Below, in pieces: positions 33,624 through 43,095 of a stretch of DNA of 48,272 nt. Origin of the DNA: a bacterium (GTDB lineage Bacteria; Patescibacteriota; Minisyncoccia; Phycocordibacterales; GWA1-40-21). The notes under the pieces were generated by a model, which worked only from the letters and a program-made list of their open reading frames with translations, was not told where the DNA came from and searched no databases. The first letter of the stretch is position 1, and every line of letters begins with the position of its first letter. Where the stretch lies: the NCBI GenBank assembly GCA_037131755.1, contig JBAXQJ010000006.1, positions 1 to 48,272 on the forward strand, written 5' to 3'. The translations under genes were made by a program, and so were the position numbers.

Positions 33624-34640
33624 TTAAGAGTCAAATATTTGGGTTTGTAAAGTTTTGAACTTTTTCACTATTTCACAGACTTGTTTGGCATTTACAGCCT
33701 CCATCAGTTTGACCCTCAATTCTTTGGCGCCGTCAAAACCATGAACATAAGCCTTGAAATGTTTTTTCATCACGTCAAAGTTCTTCGTTTCCTTATTCTT
33801 TTGCCTAAAGGTTTTTTCAAAAAGCTTGGCATGCTCAACCAGGTATTTCAGTTTTTTCTCAGCAGCCGGTTCGCCCGTCGCGGCAAAAAATTCCGGATTA
33901 CCGAAAACACCCCGGCCGATCATCACGCCGTCACAGCCGTATTTTTTTGCTTTCTCCTCGGCTTCGGCAATATTTTGGACATCGCCATTGCCGATAACCG
34001 GAATATTCTTACCAGCCCTTTTCACCATCGCCACCACCCTCTTCACATAATCCCAATTGGCCGGCACTTTTGACATCTCTTTCTTGGTCCGAGCGTGAAT
34101 AGTAATGGCGGAAATATCCTCTTTGAGCAATTCGGGGATCCAGGTATCTATTTCTTCCCTGTTAAAACCGACTCGCGTTTTGACCGAGAGCGGAATGTCC
34201 TTGCCCGAAGACTTTATGCCGGAAAGCGCCGCTTGGATTATTTCTCTGGCCAAACGCGGCGTCTTTATCAAAGCCGAACCGGCACCCTGCTTTAGCACCG
34301 CTTTGTCCGGACAGCCCATATTGATATCAATACCGTCGAAACCGAGCCCAACAATGAATTCGCAAGCCGTCTTCATATTTTCCGGATTGGCGCCAAAGAC
34401 CTGCGCCACGATCGGCTTCTCCTCTTTGGAATATTTCAGTATCGGCAAAAGTTTTTTGCGCCCGATCGGGTTGCACAAGCCATCCGCCGAAACGAATTCC
34501 GTCCAGAAAACCACCCGGTTTTTGTTCCGCGCCGTCTTGCCATGTTTGGCGAGCATTTTCCTGAAAGCAATGTCGGTCACATCGGCCATCGGTGCCAGGC
34601 AGAAAAAAGGCCTGTCCAGTTTTTTCCAAAAGTTTTTCAC
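33624..34640 (-). CDS. dus: tRNA-dihydrouridine synthase (Dus family)
   Basis: LAPMADVTD, IDINMGCP, SVKTRVG, IHART, GNGDV, MIGRG. Confidence 0.93.
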   Translation of the reverse strand: MKNFWKKLDRPFFCLAPMADVTDIAFRKMLAKHGKTARNKNRVVFWTEFVSADGLCNPIGRKKLLPILKYSKEEKPIVAQVFGANPENMKTACEFIVGLGFDGIDINMGCPDKAVLKQGAGSALIKTPRLAREIIQAALSGIKSSGKDIPLSVKTRVGFNREEIDTWIPELLKEDISAITIHARTKKEMSKVPANWDYVKRVVAMVKRAGKNIPVIGNGDVQNIAEAEEKAKKYGCDGVMIGRGVFGNPEFFAATGEPAAEKKLKYLVEHAKLFEKTFRQKNKETKNFDVMKKHFKAYVHGFDGAKELRVKLMEAVNAKQVCEIVKKFKTLQTQIFDS

Positions 34641-34744
34641 CAGGACAATCTAACACATAAAATGTTTTTGACAAATAATAATTTAACTGCTATAAATATT
34701 TCGGATTTCAGAACCTAAACCAAGTAACAAGAAGGAGGCTAGTT

Positions 34745-35221
34745 ATGTACCCGGATATTCACAAGAGACTGTTGGTGTCGGCGATCGTGGCAATATTTGT
34801 AATGTTGCTTGTCGCCAACTTTACAAGCAGTGAATCAACAAAGTTGATCTGCCAGACAATCTGCTGGATGATACTGATACTGACGCCGTTCGTCATGAAA
34901 ACGGTACGGAACGTCCATCATAAGGCGACCGGGACACCCCGAGACATTCGCGAGTTGGTGGCCGATGTTCCGCATCGGATCGAAGGAATGCTCGGCATTC
35001 ATGGCAAACAGCTGATCTGGCTGAAGAGGGTTTTTGAATCGGATGAACACAAGAAATTGGTCATCGATTCGGAAACTGTCTGTTATGAATACAACCAAGA
35101 AGTCATGGATTTCGTGACAGGCGATGTACCGAAATATGTCGTCCTGACCTACGACGAAGACGGCCCCGAACCGGCTTTGGAAGCCTGGCGCGCCAAGCCT
35201 GGCTACACTGAAATGGTCTGA
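34745..35221 (+). CDS. Hypothetical membrane protein (2 N-terminal TM)
   Basis: SD AAGGAGG; promoter TTGACA...TGCTATAAA upstream. Confidence 0.7.
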   Translation: MYPDIHKRLLVSAIVAIFVMLLVANFTSSESTKLICQTICWMILILTPFVMKTVRNVHHKATGTPRDIRELVADVPHRIEGMLGIHGKQLIWLKRVFESDEHKKLVIDSETVCYEYNQEVMDFVTGDVPKYVVLTYDEDGPEPALEAWRAKPGYTEMV

Positions 35222-35265
35222 GGACCGATCCTTTGAATGCACAACCGATATTGGTTGTGCATTTT

Positions 35266-36102
35266 TTAATTGGCCTTTTCTTTTTTCCCGACCAGGATTT
35301 TATTGTCAAAACGCAGATCGACGTATTTCAAGCTGGTATTTCCTAAGAAATCAATCTGTTTCGAGCTTATTGCCAACGACAAATTATCAAACAAGGCATT
35401 CAGATTGTTTTTCCCAGGCAAGATGACCTGAACCCCGTTTTCCAAAGTCAGGTAGAAATCGCGGCCGTCAAACGAGACACTATCCAGGCGATACCCAAGC
35501 TCGTTGAATTTGGCGACAAAACTATCGATCGCCGGATAGTCCGCCGCACCAAGATAATACTGGCCGATCGGATCTTTTTTTTCGTCAATTTTTCCAAAGT
35601 ATTTCAAAAAAGCATTGCCGGAAAAAATCGGGGCGACACCAAAAATATAGCCCGTATTGTCCATGAAGTAACACTGGTCAGAAATCCGCTCATCGGCACC
35701 GCACCAGAGAGAATAAGGCTTTCTTTCTTTGACGATGATTTCAATCGTATTCAAATCCACCCAACCGACGTTCACGGCTTCAAACCTCTTTATGCCGAGA
35801 GACAGATCGCTCTCGATCTTGAAACGCGGAAAGATCAGCGAATTACGGCGCGAGAACAAATACCAGTATCGGCCCTCGAGATCGCGCTCGGTGATATCCA
35901 ATATTTCGCCTTTCGTCACCGACACGTTGCCACTCACGGAAATATTCTTGATTTTTGTTTTCTCAATACCAGAAGCAATGGCCAGTCCGATGACCAAGAC
36001 GAACAAAACGCCGGCCACGATGTATGACCTTATCCAAAAAAGGCGTCTTTTCTTTAGACGAAGCTGCGACGGACCAAGATTTGGATTTCTTGTAGCAGAC
36101 AT
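35266..36102 (-). CDS. ftsQ: FtsQ/DivIB-like cell division protein
   Basis: Basic N-terminus, single TM, POTRA-like IKNISVSGN...VKER, C-terminal YVDLRF. Confidence 0.7.
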   Translation of the reverse strand: MSATRNPNLGPSQLRLKKRRLFWIRSYIVAGVLFVLVIGLAIASGIEKTKIKNISVSGNVSVTKGEILDITERDLEGRYWYLFSRRNSLIFPRFKIESDLSLGIKRFEAVNVGWVDLNTIEIIVKERKPYSLWCGADERISDQCYFMDNTGYIFGVAPIFSGNAFLKYFGKIDEKKDPIGQYYLGAADYPAIDSFVAKFNELGYRLDSVSFDGRDFYLTLENGVQVILPGKNNLNALFDNLSLAISSKQIDFLGNTSLKYVDLRFDNKILVGKKEKAN

Positions 36103-36219
36103 AATTACAATTGCAGTAATTATAGCATGATTCAGAATACTTTATATGAGACTTTGGAGATCTTTAAAACAACAAAGCGAGCCCCCTGCTTTTTTGGAAA
36201 TTCTCTAAAATAAAGCGAG

Positions 36220-36309
36220 TCCCTGTCTTTCTGGAGACTAGTGAGCGCGACGGCGCGAACTCGAGGAATTTTCTAGCAAGAAAATATCCGTGCTCCAGAA
36301 AGACAGGGG
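36220..36309. repeat. Structured repeat element, copy 2
   Basis: tccctgtctttctggag / ctccagaaagacagggg stem enclosing the same core as at 32203. Confidence 0.7.
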
Positions 36310-36319
36310 CGAGCGCCCT

Positions 36320-37612
36320 CTACGCAATCGACTTTTTATCCTGCTTTACAATCACCTCCTTACCCATGTATTTCTGCAATACTTCCGGCACCTTGATGCT
36401 GCCGTCGGCCTGCTGGTAATTTTCTACGATCTGAATCAGTATCCTTGGCGTTGCGAGAGCGGTATTGTTCAAAGAATGCGCAAATCGAGCCTTACCCTCA
36501 GCATCCTTGTATTTGATATTCAAGCGTCGATTCTGGAAATCGTGGAAGTATGAGCAGGAATGAGTCTCGCGATATTTATTAGCCGCCGGTGACCAGGTTT
36601 CAATGTCGTATTTCTTGACCTGACCAAGGCCGAGATCGCCGCCGCAGTTGACTACCACGTGGTATGGCAACTTTAAAGCTTGCAAAATCTCCTCGGCATT
36701 TTGCCGCAACTCTTCATGGTGCTTCACGGAAGTCTCATGATTGGCCTCGCACAAGATCACCTGTTCGAATTTCATAAATTCATGGACCCGGTAAAGCCCT
36801 TTCACGTCTTTACTGTGGCTTCCCGCTTCCCGTCGAAAGGCCGGAGAAAAAGCGATAATTTTCTTAGGCAATTCATCGGCACCAAAGACGCGGTCGGCGT
36901 AGTAGCTCATCGCGCCCACCTCAGCCGTACCGGCCAAATAGTCATTGTCCTGCGTTTTATACAGATCATCCTCGCCTTGAGGCAGATAGCCTGTTCCCAA
37001 GAGAGTTTCGCGACGGACAAGAGACGGCACCAGCATCGGCATATAATCTTTTTTCTTTTCACGGAAGAATTCCATCACGAATTGCCACAAAGCATAATCA
37101 AGAAGCGCTCCGTCGTTTTTCAAAATATATCCGCGGAAACCAGCGATCCTAGTGCCAGCATCGAGGTCGATCATTCCCAAGTCTTCCATCAAAGCCACAT
37201 GATCCTTTGGTGTAAAATCAAATTTCGGTATTTCACCCCAGGCACTAGTCTCAACATTGGCGGTGTCGTCATCCCCCTCGGGCACGGAAATATCCGGAAC
37301 GTTTGGACATTGCAACATCAAACCCTGCCAAGTCTTCATCACCTCTTTTAATTCTTCATCTTCCTTGGCAACCGCCTCCTTGACCATTTTCATTTCGGCA
37401 ATAATTTGGCCGCGGGCATCAGGGTTGGATTCGCGGACGATTTTTTCGCTCATGGCATTCTGTTCGGCCCGCTTGGCCTCGACTGAAGTCAAAAGTTCCT
37501 TTCTCTTGTCGTCTACCTTGATTAATTCCGCCACGTCAAATTTGACGCGCTTTTTCTTGGCCGCCAAATCGATCAGCTCTTTATTGTCTCGGATGAATTT
37601 GATGTCTAACAT
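36320..37612 (-). CDS. serS: Seryl-tRNA synthetase
   Basis: MLDIKFIR, GTAEV, FRREAGS, GLYRVHEF, SLNNTALATPR. Confidence 0.97.
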   Translation of the reverse strand: MLDIKFIRDNKELIDLAAKKKRVKFDVAELIKVDDKRKELLTSVEAKRAEQNAMSEKIVRESNPDARGQIIAEMKMVKEAVAKEDEELKEVMKTWQGLMLQCPNVPDISVPEGDDDTANVETSAWGEIPKFDFTPKDHVALMEDLGMIDLDAGTRIAGFRGYILKNDGALLDYALWQFVMEFFREKKKDYMPMLVPSLVRRETLLGTGYLPQGEDDLYKTQDNDYLAGTAEVGAMSYYADRVFGADELPKKIIAFSPAFRREAGSHSKDVKGLYRVHEFMKFEQVILCEANHETSVKHHEELRQNAEEILQALKLPYHVVVNCGGDLGLGQVKKYDIETWSPAANKYRETHSCSYFHDFQNRRLNIKYKDAEGKARFAHSLNNTALATPRILIQIVENYQQADGSIKVPEVLQKYMGKEVIVKQDKKSIA

Positions 37613-37705
37613 ATGATTTGTATATTGTGATTAGTATATCGTATATAGTATAGGAAAATGAAAAAATTGTCATCTATATGATAATATTTATGCTAAAATA
37701 TTCTT

Positions 37706-38578
37706 ATGCAAGAATTCCCCATTCGCGAACTAAAGAAAAAGGATTTCCCGCCCCAGCTTTTGGAAATTCCCCAGCCACCAGAAAAACTTTTCGTCCGCGG
37801 TGATCTGCCCGGACCAAACACCAAACTGCTTTGTGTCGTCGGTGCCAGAAAATACACCCCCTATGGAAAAGAAGCCTGCGAGAAACTCATCGCCGGACTG
37901 CGCGGCTATGATATCGCCATCGTCTCTGGCCTGGCCTTTGGCATTGATGCAATCGCTCATCGTGCCGCGATTGATGCTGGATTGCGAACCGTAGCCGTAC
38001 CCGGTTCTGGCCTTGATCCAAAAAATATTTATCCTTCCGCCAATGCCGGTCTCGCAGAAATTATTTTGAAAGCCGGCGGCGCCCATCTGTCGGAATTTGA
38101 GCCGATCTTTCATGCTACCCCTTGGAGCTTTCCCCAGCGCAATCGCATTATGGCTGGTTATTCCCAGGCGGTTTTGATTATTGAGGCAGAAATAAAATCC
38201 GGTACTTTGATTACTGCCCGTCTCGCTACCGACTACAACAAAGATGTCCTCACCATCCCTGGCTCGATTTTTTCCAAGACCGCCGACGGTCCGCATATGC
38301 TGCTTCGGCTTGGTGCCACGCCGATTACCAAGAGTGAGGACATTCTGCTGGCGCTTGGACTGGAAGACAAAAACGCCGCCCCCAGAAATCTGGAATTGGA
38401 ATACTCCGATTGTTCGCCGGAAGAAAAGAAAATTTTAGACTTGCTAAAAACTCCCCTGACTCGTGACGACCTGCTGTCGAAAGCGGAGATGCCTGTTCAC
38501 CAGACAAACGCCATTCTTTCCATTATGGAACTTAAGGGTTTAATAACAGAAGAAATGGGCGAGATTAAATTGGTATAA
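37706..38578 (+). CDS. dprA: DNA processing protein DprA
   Basis: VVGAR, IVSGLAFGIDAIAH, FPQRNRIMAG, SGTLITA and a C-terminal winged helix. Confidence 0.96.
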   Translation: MQEFPIRELKKKDFPPQLLEIPQPPEKLFVRGDLPGPNTKLLCVVGARKYTPYGKEACEKLIAGLRGYDIAIVSGLAFGIDAIAHRAAIDAGLRTVAVPGSGLDPKNIYPSANAGLAEIILKAGGAHLSEFEPIFHATPWSFPQRNRIMAGYSQAVLIIEAEIKSGTLITARLATDYNKDVLTIPGSIFSKTADGPHMLLRLGATPITKSEDILLALGLEDKNAAPRNLELEYSDCSPEEKKILDLLKTPLTRDDLLSKAEMPVHQTNAILSIMELKGLITEEMGEIKLV

Positions 38579-38711
38579 ATAAGCCGAAGTGATCCAGTTT
38601 TCAATTCCTGGTTTGCTTCATGATTACATTCGCAAAGACGGGTTTGGCTACGCCAAACCCGTCTTTGTCTTCCCTACAATCTACCATCTACTATATACAA
38701 TCTACTCTCTA

Positions 38712-40967
38712 CTATCTCCCCCTACTCCCTCGCCACTGACGGACCGAGGCCGTCCCGGTCATGGAACGAGTCACGTTGAGGAAGGTGGTGCTGTAGCCCG
38801 GTAACATGTTGGAGATGGTAATGGTAGTACGGACAAGGCCGTTAGAGAAAGAAGGGTTAGCCAGGTCTTGGAAGATTAAGTTTAAAACTTTAAGGTTTGG
38901 ATTGGTAAGGGCGTGGATAGGTCCATTGCCGGCCTTCTCGTAAACAACCATGTTTTTCAAATATATGACGGTAGGATTTTTTGTCGGATCTTTCGTTCGA
39001 ATCGATATCAGCGCTTTTATTTCCGTTTCCGGATCAGTCGAGGTGGAAACAATCATGGTCGCGCCATTAATATTCTGGGTGTCAGTGGTAATTACCCTAG
39101 CCCCGGATGTCGCCAAGACATCATTGCTTGGATTATCAATCATAAAATCAATTGTATTTCCGAGCAATGAATCCGAATAATTGCCATTCAGGTTATATGT
39201 CGCATAAACGCAGGTGGTCGAAGCCGTGACCGGGAGCAATCCGGTAGTCGTCGCCCGCGATCCGACAAAACCAGAAGCGGTACCGAAAAGAACGGTGCCA
39301 GAAGGTTTGCGGCTGGCACAAGTCCCGTCCGTGGAAGTAGCGTACAGTTTGATGTTTGAAATTGATGTGGTAGAAACGGTACCGAGTTGGGTGAGAGTGA
39401 CCGAGGTGACAGTAGCCGTACCGGAACCGGTAACAAAAGTAAAGACACCGCCGAGCTCTTGATCGGAAACAGGAATTGTCGTCGTAGCCAACTGATAACC
39501 ATATTTCCCGACAGTAATGTTGGGAACAACCGCGCTCCCTGTGGAATAATTCACGCTGGCCGAATCCAAGATCGGGGTACTGGTCCCATCGGAAGTGAAT
39601 ATTGCCTTGTAATAAAAGTGCGAGACATTCCAGCCGAGACCGGACAAATCGATCGTGCTTGTGCCAACGGATAGCGTATTGGAAGCATTCAAAACTCCAG
39701 ACGAGCCATACCAATTGTTACCGTCCGAACTGAACTGAACCTTAATCCCGGTATTGGCCGGAATCGAAGAGACATTGTAACTGAAGCTATTTATCGTTGA
39801 GACGCCACCGGCCGGCAAAAGGTCATTTGAAGTCAAAGAGCCGTTTTGTTCGTATACGCCATTGATTACATTGGCCGAAGCAGCCGAAACACTGACCGAA
39901 TCCAGAACCGGCGTTGCCGAACCGTTAGAGACAAACCAGACCCGGTAGAAAAAGTACGATTTATTCCAGTTGAGAGCGGACAAATTAATCGTATTTGTTC
40001 CGACTGATAAGGTAGTTGAGGCATTCAGGACGCCGGCCGAGCTGTACCAATAATCACCATCGTAACTGAATTGCATTTTCAGGCTTGTCCCGGTGGGAAT
40101 GGCCGAAGCGTTGTAGCTCACGCTGTTTACCATCAAAGGATCGCCGCCCGAAAAAAGATTGGCAGATGTCAAAATTCCAATCGTGGCATAAGAATTTTCC
40201 TGGATACCGCCAAGCAAATCATACGCCAGGGTGACCGAATCCAAGACCGGCGTGGCTGACCCATCAGAGAGGAACCAGACCCGATAGAAAAAATTTGCCT
40301 TGCTCCAGCCGAGACCGGACAGGTCAATCGTATTCGTACCTATGGAAAGATTATCCCGACCGGACCTGACTCCCGCCGAATTATACCAATTTGCGCCATC
40401 GTAACTAAATTGGATTTTAAGACTTGTACTGGCCGGCAGCGACGAGACGACATAGCTGACATTTTTTATCAGCGACGTGCTATTTGCCGGAAGAAGATTA
40501 ACGGACGTCATGGATCCGCCAGTCGGATAAGAAGTCGTGCCTACCGAAGATGACAAATTGACGAAATCCAAAACCGGCGTGGCTGACCCATCGGAAATAA
40601 ACCAGACTCGGTAAGAAAAATATCTCTGGTTCCAGCCGAGACCGGACAGATCGATCGTGCTTGTGCCTGCCGAGAGATCGGTCCAGCTGTCCTGAAGCCC
40701 CTCGGCGTCATACCAGGTATAAGCATAATCACTGGGACTGCTATAACTAAACTGGATTTTCAAACCCGTACCGACCGGTATCGACGAAGCGCTGTAAGTC
40801 ACGCTGTTTATCATCGAAGTGGTAGTGGCCGTAAGTAAATTAGTCGAGGTCAGTATTCCGTCCGTGGCATAAGTGGTGGCAAAGGTCTTGGCGGGAAACG
40901 CCAAAACAAGAGCCAGTCCGGCAAAGAATATTAGGCTGTATACTGCTGGTTTTTTACAGAAAAGCAT
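38712..40967 (-). CDS. Large secreted repeat protein (4 beta-rich repeats)
   Basis: Signal peptide (..AKTFA); four ~110-aa repeats G.LTS.NL...LKIQFS.DG..WY...TIDLSGLGW...SDGSATPVLDSV; ATG 1 nt after the RT stop. Confidence 0.8.
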   Translation of the reverse strand: MLFCKKPAVYSLIFFAGLALVLAFPAKTFATTYATDGILTSTNLLTATTTSMINSVTYSASSIPVGTGLKIQFSYSSPSDYAYTWYDAEGLQDSWTDLSAGTSTIDLSGLGWNQRYFSYRVWFISDGSATPVLDFVNLSSSVGTTSYPTGGSMTSVNLLPANSTSLIKNVSYVVSSLPASTSLKIQFSYDGANWYNSAGVRSGRDNLSIGTNTIDLSGLGWSKANFFYRVWFLSDGSATPVLDSVTLAYDLLGGIQENSYATIGILTSANLFSGGDPLMVNSVSYNASAIPTGTSLKMQFSYDGDYWYSSAGVLNASTTLSVGTNTINLSALNWNKSYFFYRVWFVSNGSATPVLDSVSVSAASANVINGVYEQNGSLTSNDLLPAGGVSTINSFSYNVSSIPANTGIKVQFSSDGNNWYGSSGVLNASNTLSVGTSTIDLSGLGWNVSHFYYKAIFTSDGTSTPILDSASVNYSTGSAVVPNITVGKYGYQLATTTIPVSDQELGGVFTFVTGSGTATVTSVTLTQLGTVSTTSISNIKLYATSTDGTCASRKPSGTVLFGTASGFVGSRATTTGLLPVTASTTCVYATYNLNGNYSDSLLGNTIDFMIDNPSNDVLATSGARVITTDTQNINGATMIVSTSTDPETEIKALISIRTKDPTKNPTVIYLKNMVVYEKAGNGPIHALTNPNLKVLNLIFQDLANPSFSNGLVRTTITISNMLPGYSTTFLNVTRSMTGTASVRQWRGSRGR

Positions 40968-40968
40968 C

Positions 40969-42189
40969 TTAAATATTTTTTACTTTATTAATCGCAATTA
41001 TATCACGCTCGTTTAAAAAAATCTTGCCATAATCGTCCGCAATGTGGATAAACTTTTTAAAATCCGGGGACAAACGGTCGGTCAGGATTTTGCGCCGAAG
41101 CCGGTACGTTTGGAAATTGGCCGTCATACCCAAATGCGAGTTCAGGCTCGCCATGAATTTATCCTGGTGTTCCTCGGGAAACTTATCTCCGCTCTCCTTC
41201 AAAACTCCGTTCCAATACTGGATATTATTGTAAAGATTGCCCTTGGTCCCGTTACGGATATACATGCGATAAGGCTTTATGATTGAGCCCAAAAAAGGCA
41301 CGCCTTTTGTAAAATGCTGGAGGTATATTTTCTTGGGATGCAAATCCAGGGACAGCTCGTCTTTCAGATATTTCCTGATGATCGGGATGACCGATTTTAA
41401 ATATTCTTTATCTTGGTGGACAATCACCATGTCGTCCACATAACGCCCGTAATACCGGCAACCGAGCCGGTGTTTTATAAAATGGTCAAAATCATCCAGG
41501 TAAATATTCCCGAATAATTGCGATGTCAGATTGCCGATCGGCAAGCCTTTGTTTACAGGTGCTCCAAACAGGCTCTTGGACCTTGGCAAACCGCTCCAGT
41601 CTTCCTTTACTCCCTTGATTACGCAATTCTTGGTCGGGTCGTGAAAGATGATTTTATGAATAAGAGCCAAAAGCCAAACGCGGTCAAACTTTTTATTATC
41701 CTTGGAATTGTTTATCTTTGTTTCCAATTTCTGGTATAAGATATTCTTGTCGATGGACATAAAATAGCCCTTGATATCCAATTTCAGGACGTAGCAATCT
41801 TGCTTGTAATTCAAGGAACAGGAACGGATGAAGTGATCCAATCTTTTGATGCCATAAGACGTCCCCTTGCCTCGCTGGCAGCTGTAACTGTCATTTACGA
41901 ACAAGCGCTCAAAAATCCGATTGATATAGTTAAAAATCAGATGATGAATGATCCGGTCCCGAAAATCGGCAGCAAAAATCTCCCTCTGCAAAGGCTTGAA
42001 ACAGATAAAACAAATGCTTCGCCCGACTTCGTACGAGCCGTCGGCCAGCTCCCGACCAAGCTTGAACAAATTGGTCTCGTAATTCAATTCAAAAACCATC
42101 GCGCTTACGGTCTGGCGCTTATGCTTGCGCGCATCATAATAAGCCTTGAATAAGTCCACTAAAATTCTTTTATACTCCATTGATTTCAA
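40969..42189 (-). CDS. DGR reverse transcriptase
   Basis: FRDRIIHH, LKLDIKGYF, GLPIGNLTSQ (DGR-type SQ), RYVDD; next to TR and Avd. Confidence 0.95.
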   Translation of the reverse strand: MKSMEYKRILVDLFKAYYDARKHKRQTVSAMVFELNYETNLFKLGRELADGSYEVGRSICFICFKPLQREIFAADFRDRIIHHLIFNYINRIFERLFVNDSYSCQRGKGTSYGIKRLDHFIRSCSLNYKQDCYVLKLDIKGYFMSIDKNILYQKLETKINNSKDNKKFDRVWLLALIHKIIFHDPTKNCVIKGVKEDWSGLPRSKSLFGAPVNKGLPIGNLTSQLFGNIYLDDFDHFIKHRLGCRYYGRYVDDMVIVHQDKEYLKSVIPIIRKYLKDELSLDLHPKKIYLQHFTKGVPFLGSIIKPYRMYIRNGTKGNLYNNIQYWNGVLKESGDKFPEEHQDKFMASLNSHLGMTANFQTYRLRRKILTDRLSPDFKKFIHIADDYGKIFLNERDIIAINKVKNI

Positions 42190-42194
42190 TTAAC

Positions 42195-42383
42195 CAGTTC
42201 TTGAGGCAACGCACGGAAAAGCCGTAAGACTTAGAGTTCGTGTTCCGGTTGACAGTCGCGTAGCCGGAATTCAGGTTACGGTTCCAAGCGGAAGACCCGC
42301 TCTGCAACGACTCCCAAAAGTTGCCGTTCGTCCCTAAGTTAGCAAAAGTGCCATTAGTCTCGCGGTCGCCTGCAAGCAAGCCC
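42195..42383 (-). repeat. DGR template repeat (TR)
   Basis: 189-bp match to VR (43589-43777); rich in AAC codons; 14 of 15 mismatches at TR adenines. Confidence 0.95.
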
Positions 42384-42576
42384 TGGCGCAAAAATAATCG
42401 CTTGATTCCTTTTATAGACCTGACGGAAAATAAAAAGTGCCTAGCTTCCAGGTAAGATTACTTCCGTTAGGAAACTACGCAATATTCCTCGTAGGCACAG
42501 CCCACGAGAGGATTATTGAACTGATTTGTGGCACACCCGTCTGCGCCGTAGCGCGAGACAGTTCCGGCCAAAGTAT

Positions 42577-42918
42577 TCACGCGCTGGATTTTTGCCAGGC
42601 GGCCAACTGTTTGGAGACCGATTCTATTTTCTCATTGAGAACGATGAACTTTTCCAGGTTGATCTGTTTGAGGTCTTTTATCAGCCGCAGATACAGGCGG
42701 ATCACTTCCAGATTTTCCCGAGCTGACTGCAACAGAGTGTGTTTGGACTGACTGCTGTTCGCCCGATAAATATTCGTTATCATCTCTATTGTCTCCTTTT
42801 TAAGGCTTTCTCCTACCGTGTATTTGTATTCCTGACTGAAATGTTTTGTGTAGTTGAATATGTCCACCAGAAAATCATAACTTACTTTATATACGGGTAA
42901 TGTATTATAAATAGCCAT
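42577..42918 (-). CDS. avd: DGR accessory protein Avd (four-helix bundle)
   Basis: LPVYKVSYD...FSQEYKYTVG...LRLIKDL...SKQLAAW; 113 aa; directly upstream of TR. Confidence 0.85.
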   Translation of the reverse strand: MAIYNTLPVYKVSYDFLVDIFNYTKHFSQEYKYTVGESLKKETIEMITNIYRANSSQSKHTLLQSARENLEVIRLYLRLIKDLKQINLEKFIVLNEKIESVSKQLAAWQKSSA

Positions 42919-43010
42919 ATTGATTGATAGTAATTTTAAGTTGTTTCATGACTTTATATTGCTATTTTTACTGCTCTTGACAATCAATGCCGACTTGCTA
43001 TACTTAAAGT

Positions 43011-43095
43011 CTAAATGGCTTCGGCCTCGCCTTCTCGCAAGAGAAGGAGGAAAATCAAAAAATCATCCTATCAACCGGGTGATTTTTTGTTTGAT
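43011..43095 (+). ncRNA. Candidate antisense sRNA convergent on the toxin gene
   Basis: Promoter TTGACA (42977) -16nt- TATACT (42999) with TG extension; UUCG and GCAA tetraloop hairpins; terminator-like stem over the toxin stop codon. Confidence 0.5.

Noticed and set aside
40969-42189. Group II intron or retron RT
   Set aside because: The SQ motif, adjacent Avd and the TR/VR pair fit a DGR; no intron domain V or retron VTG motif was noticed.
42170-42391. 73-aa ORF resembling the target C-terminus
   Set aside because: It is the DGR TR read in the VR frame. It has a weak start and is out of frame with the RT, so it is treated as template RNA.
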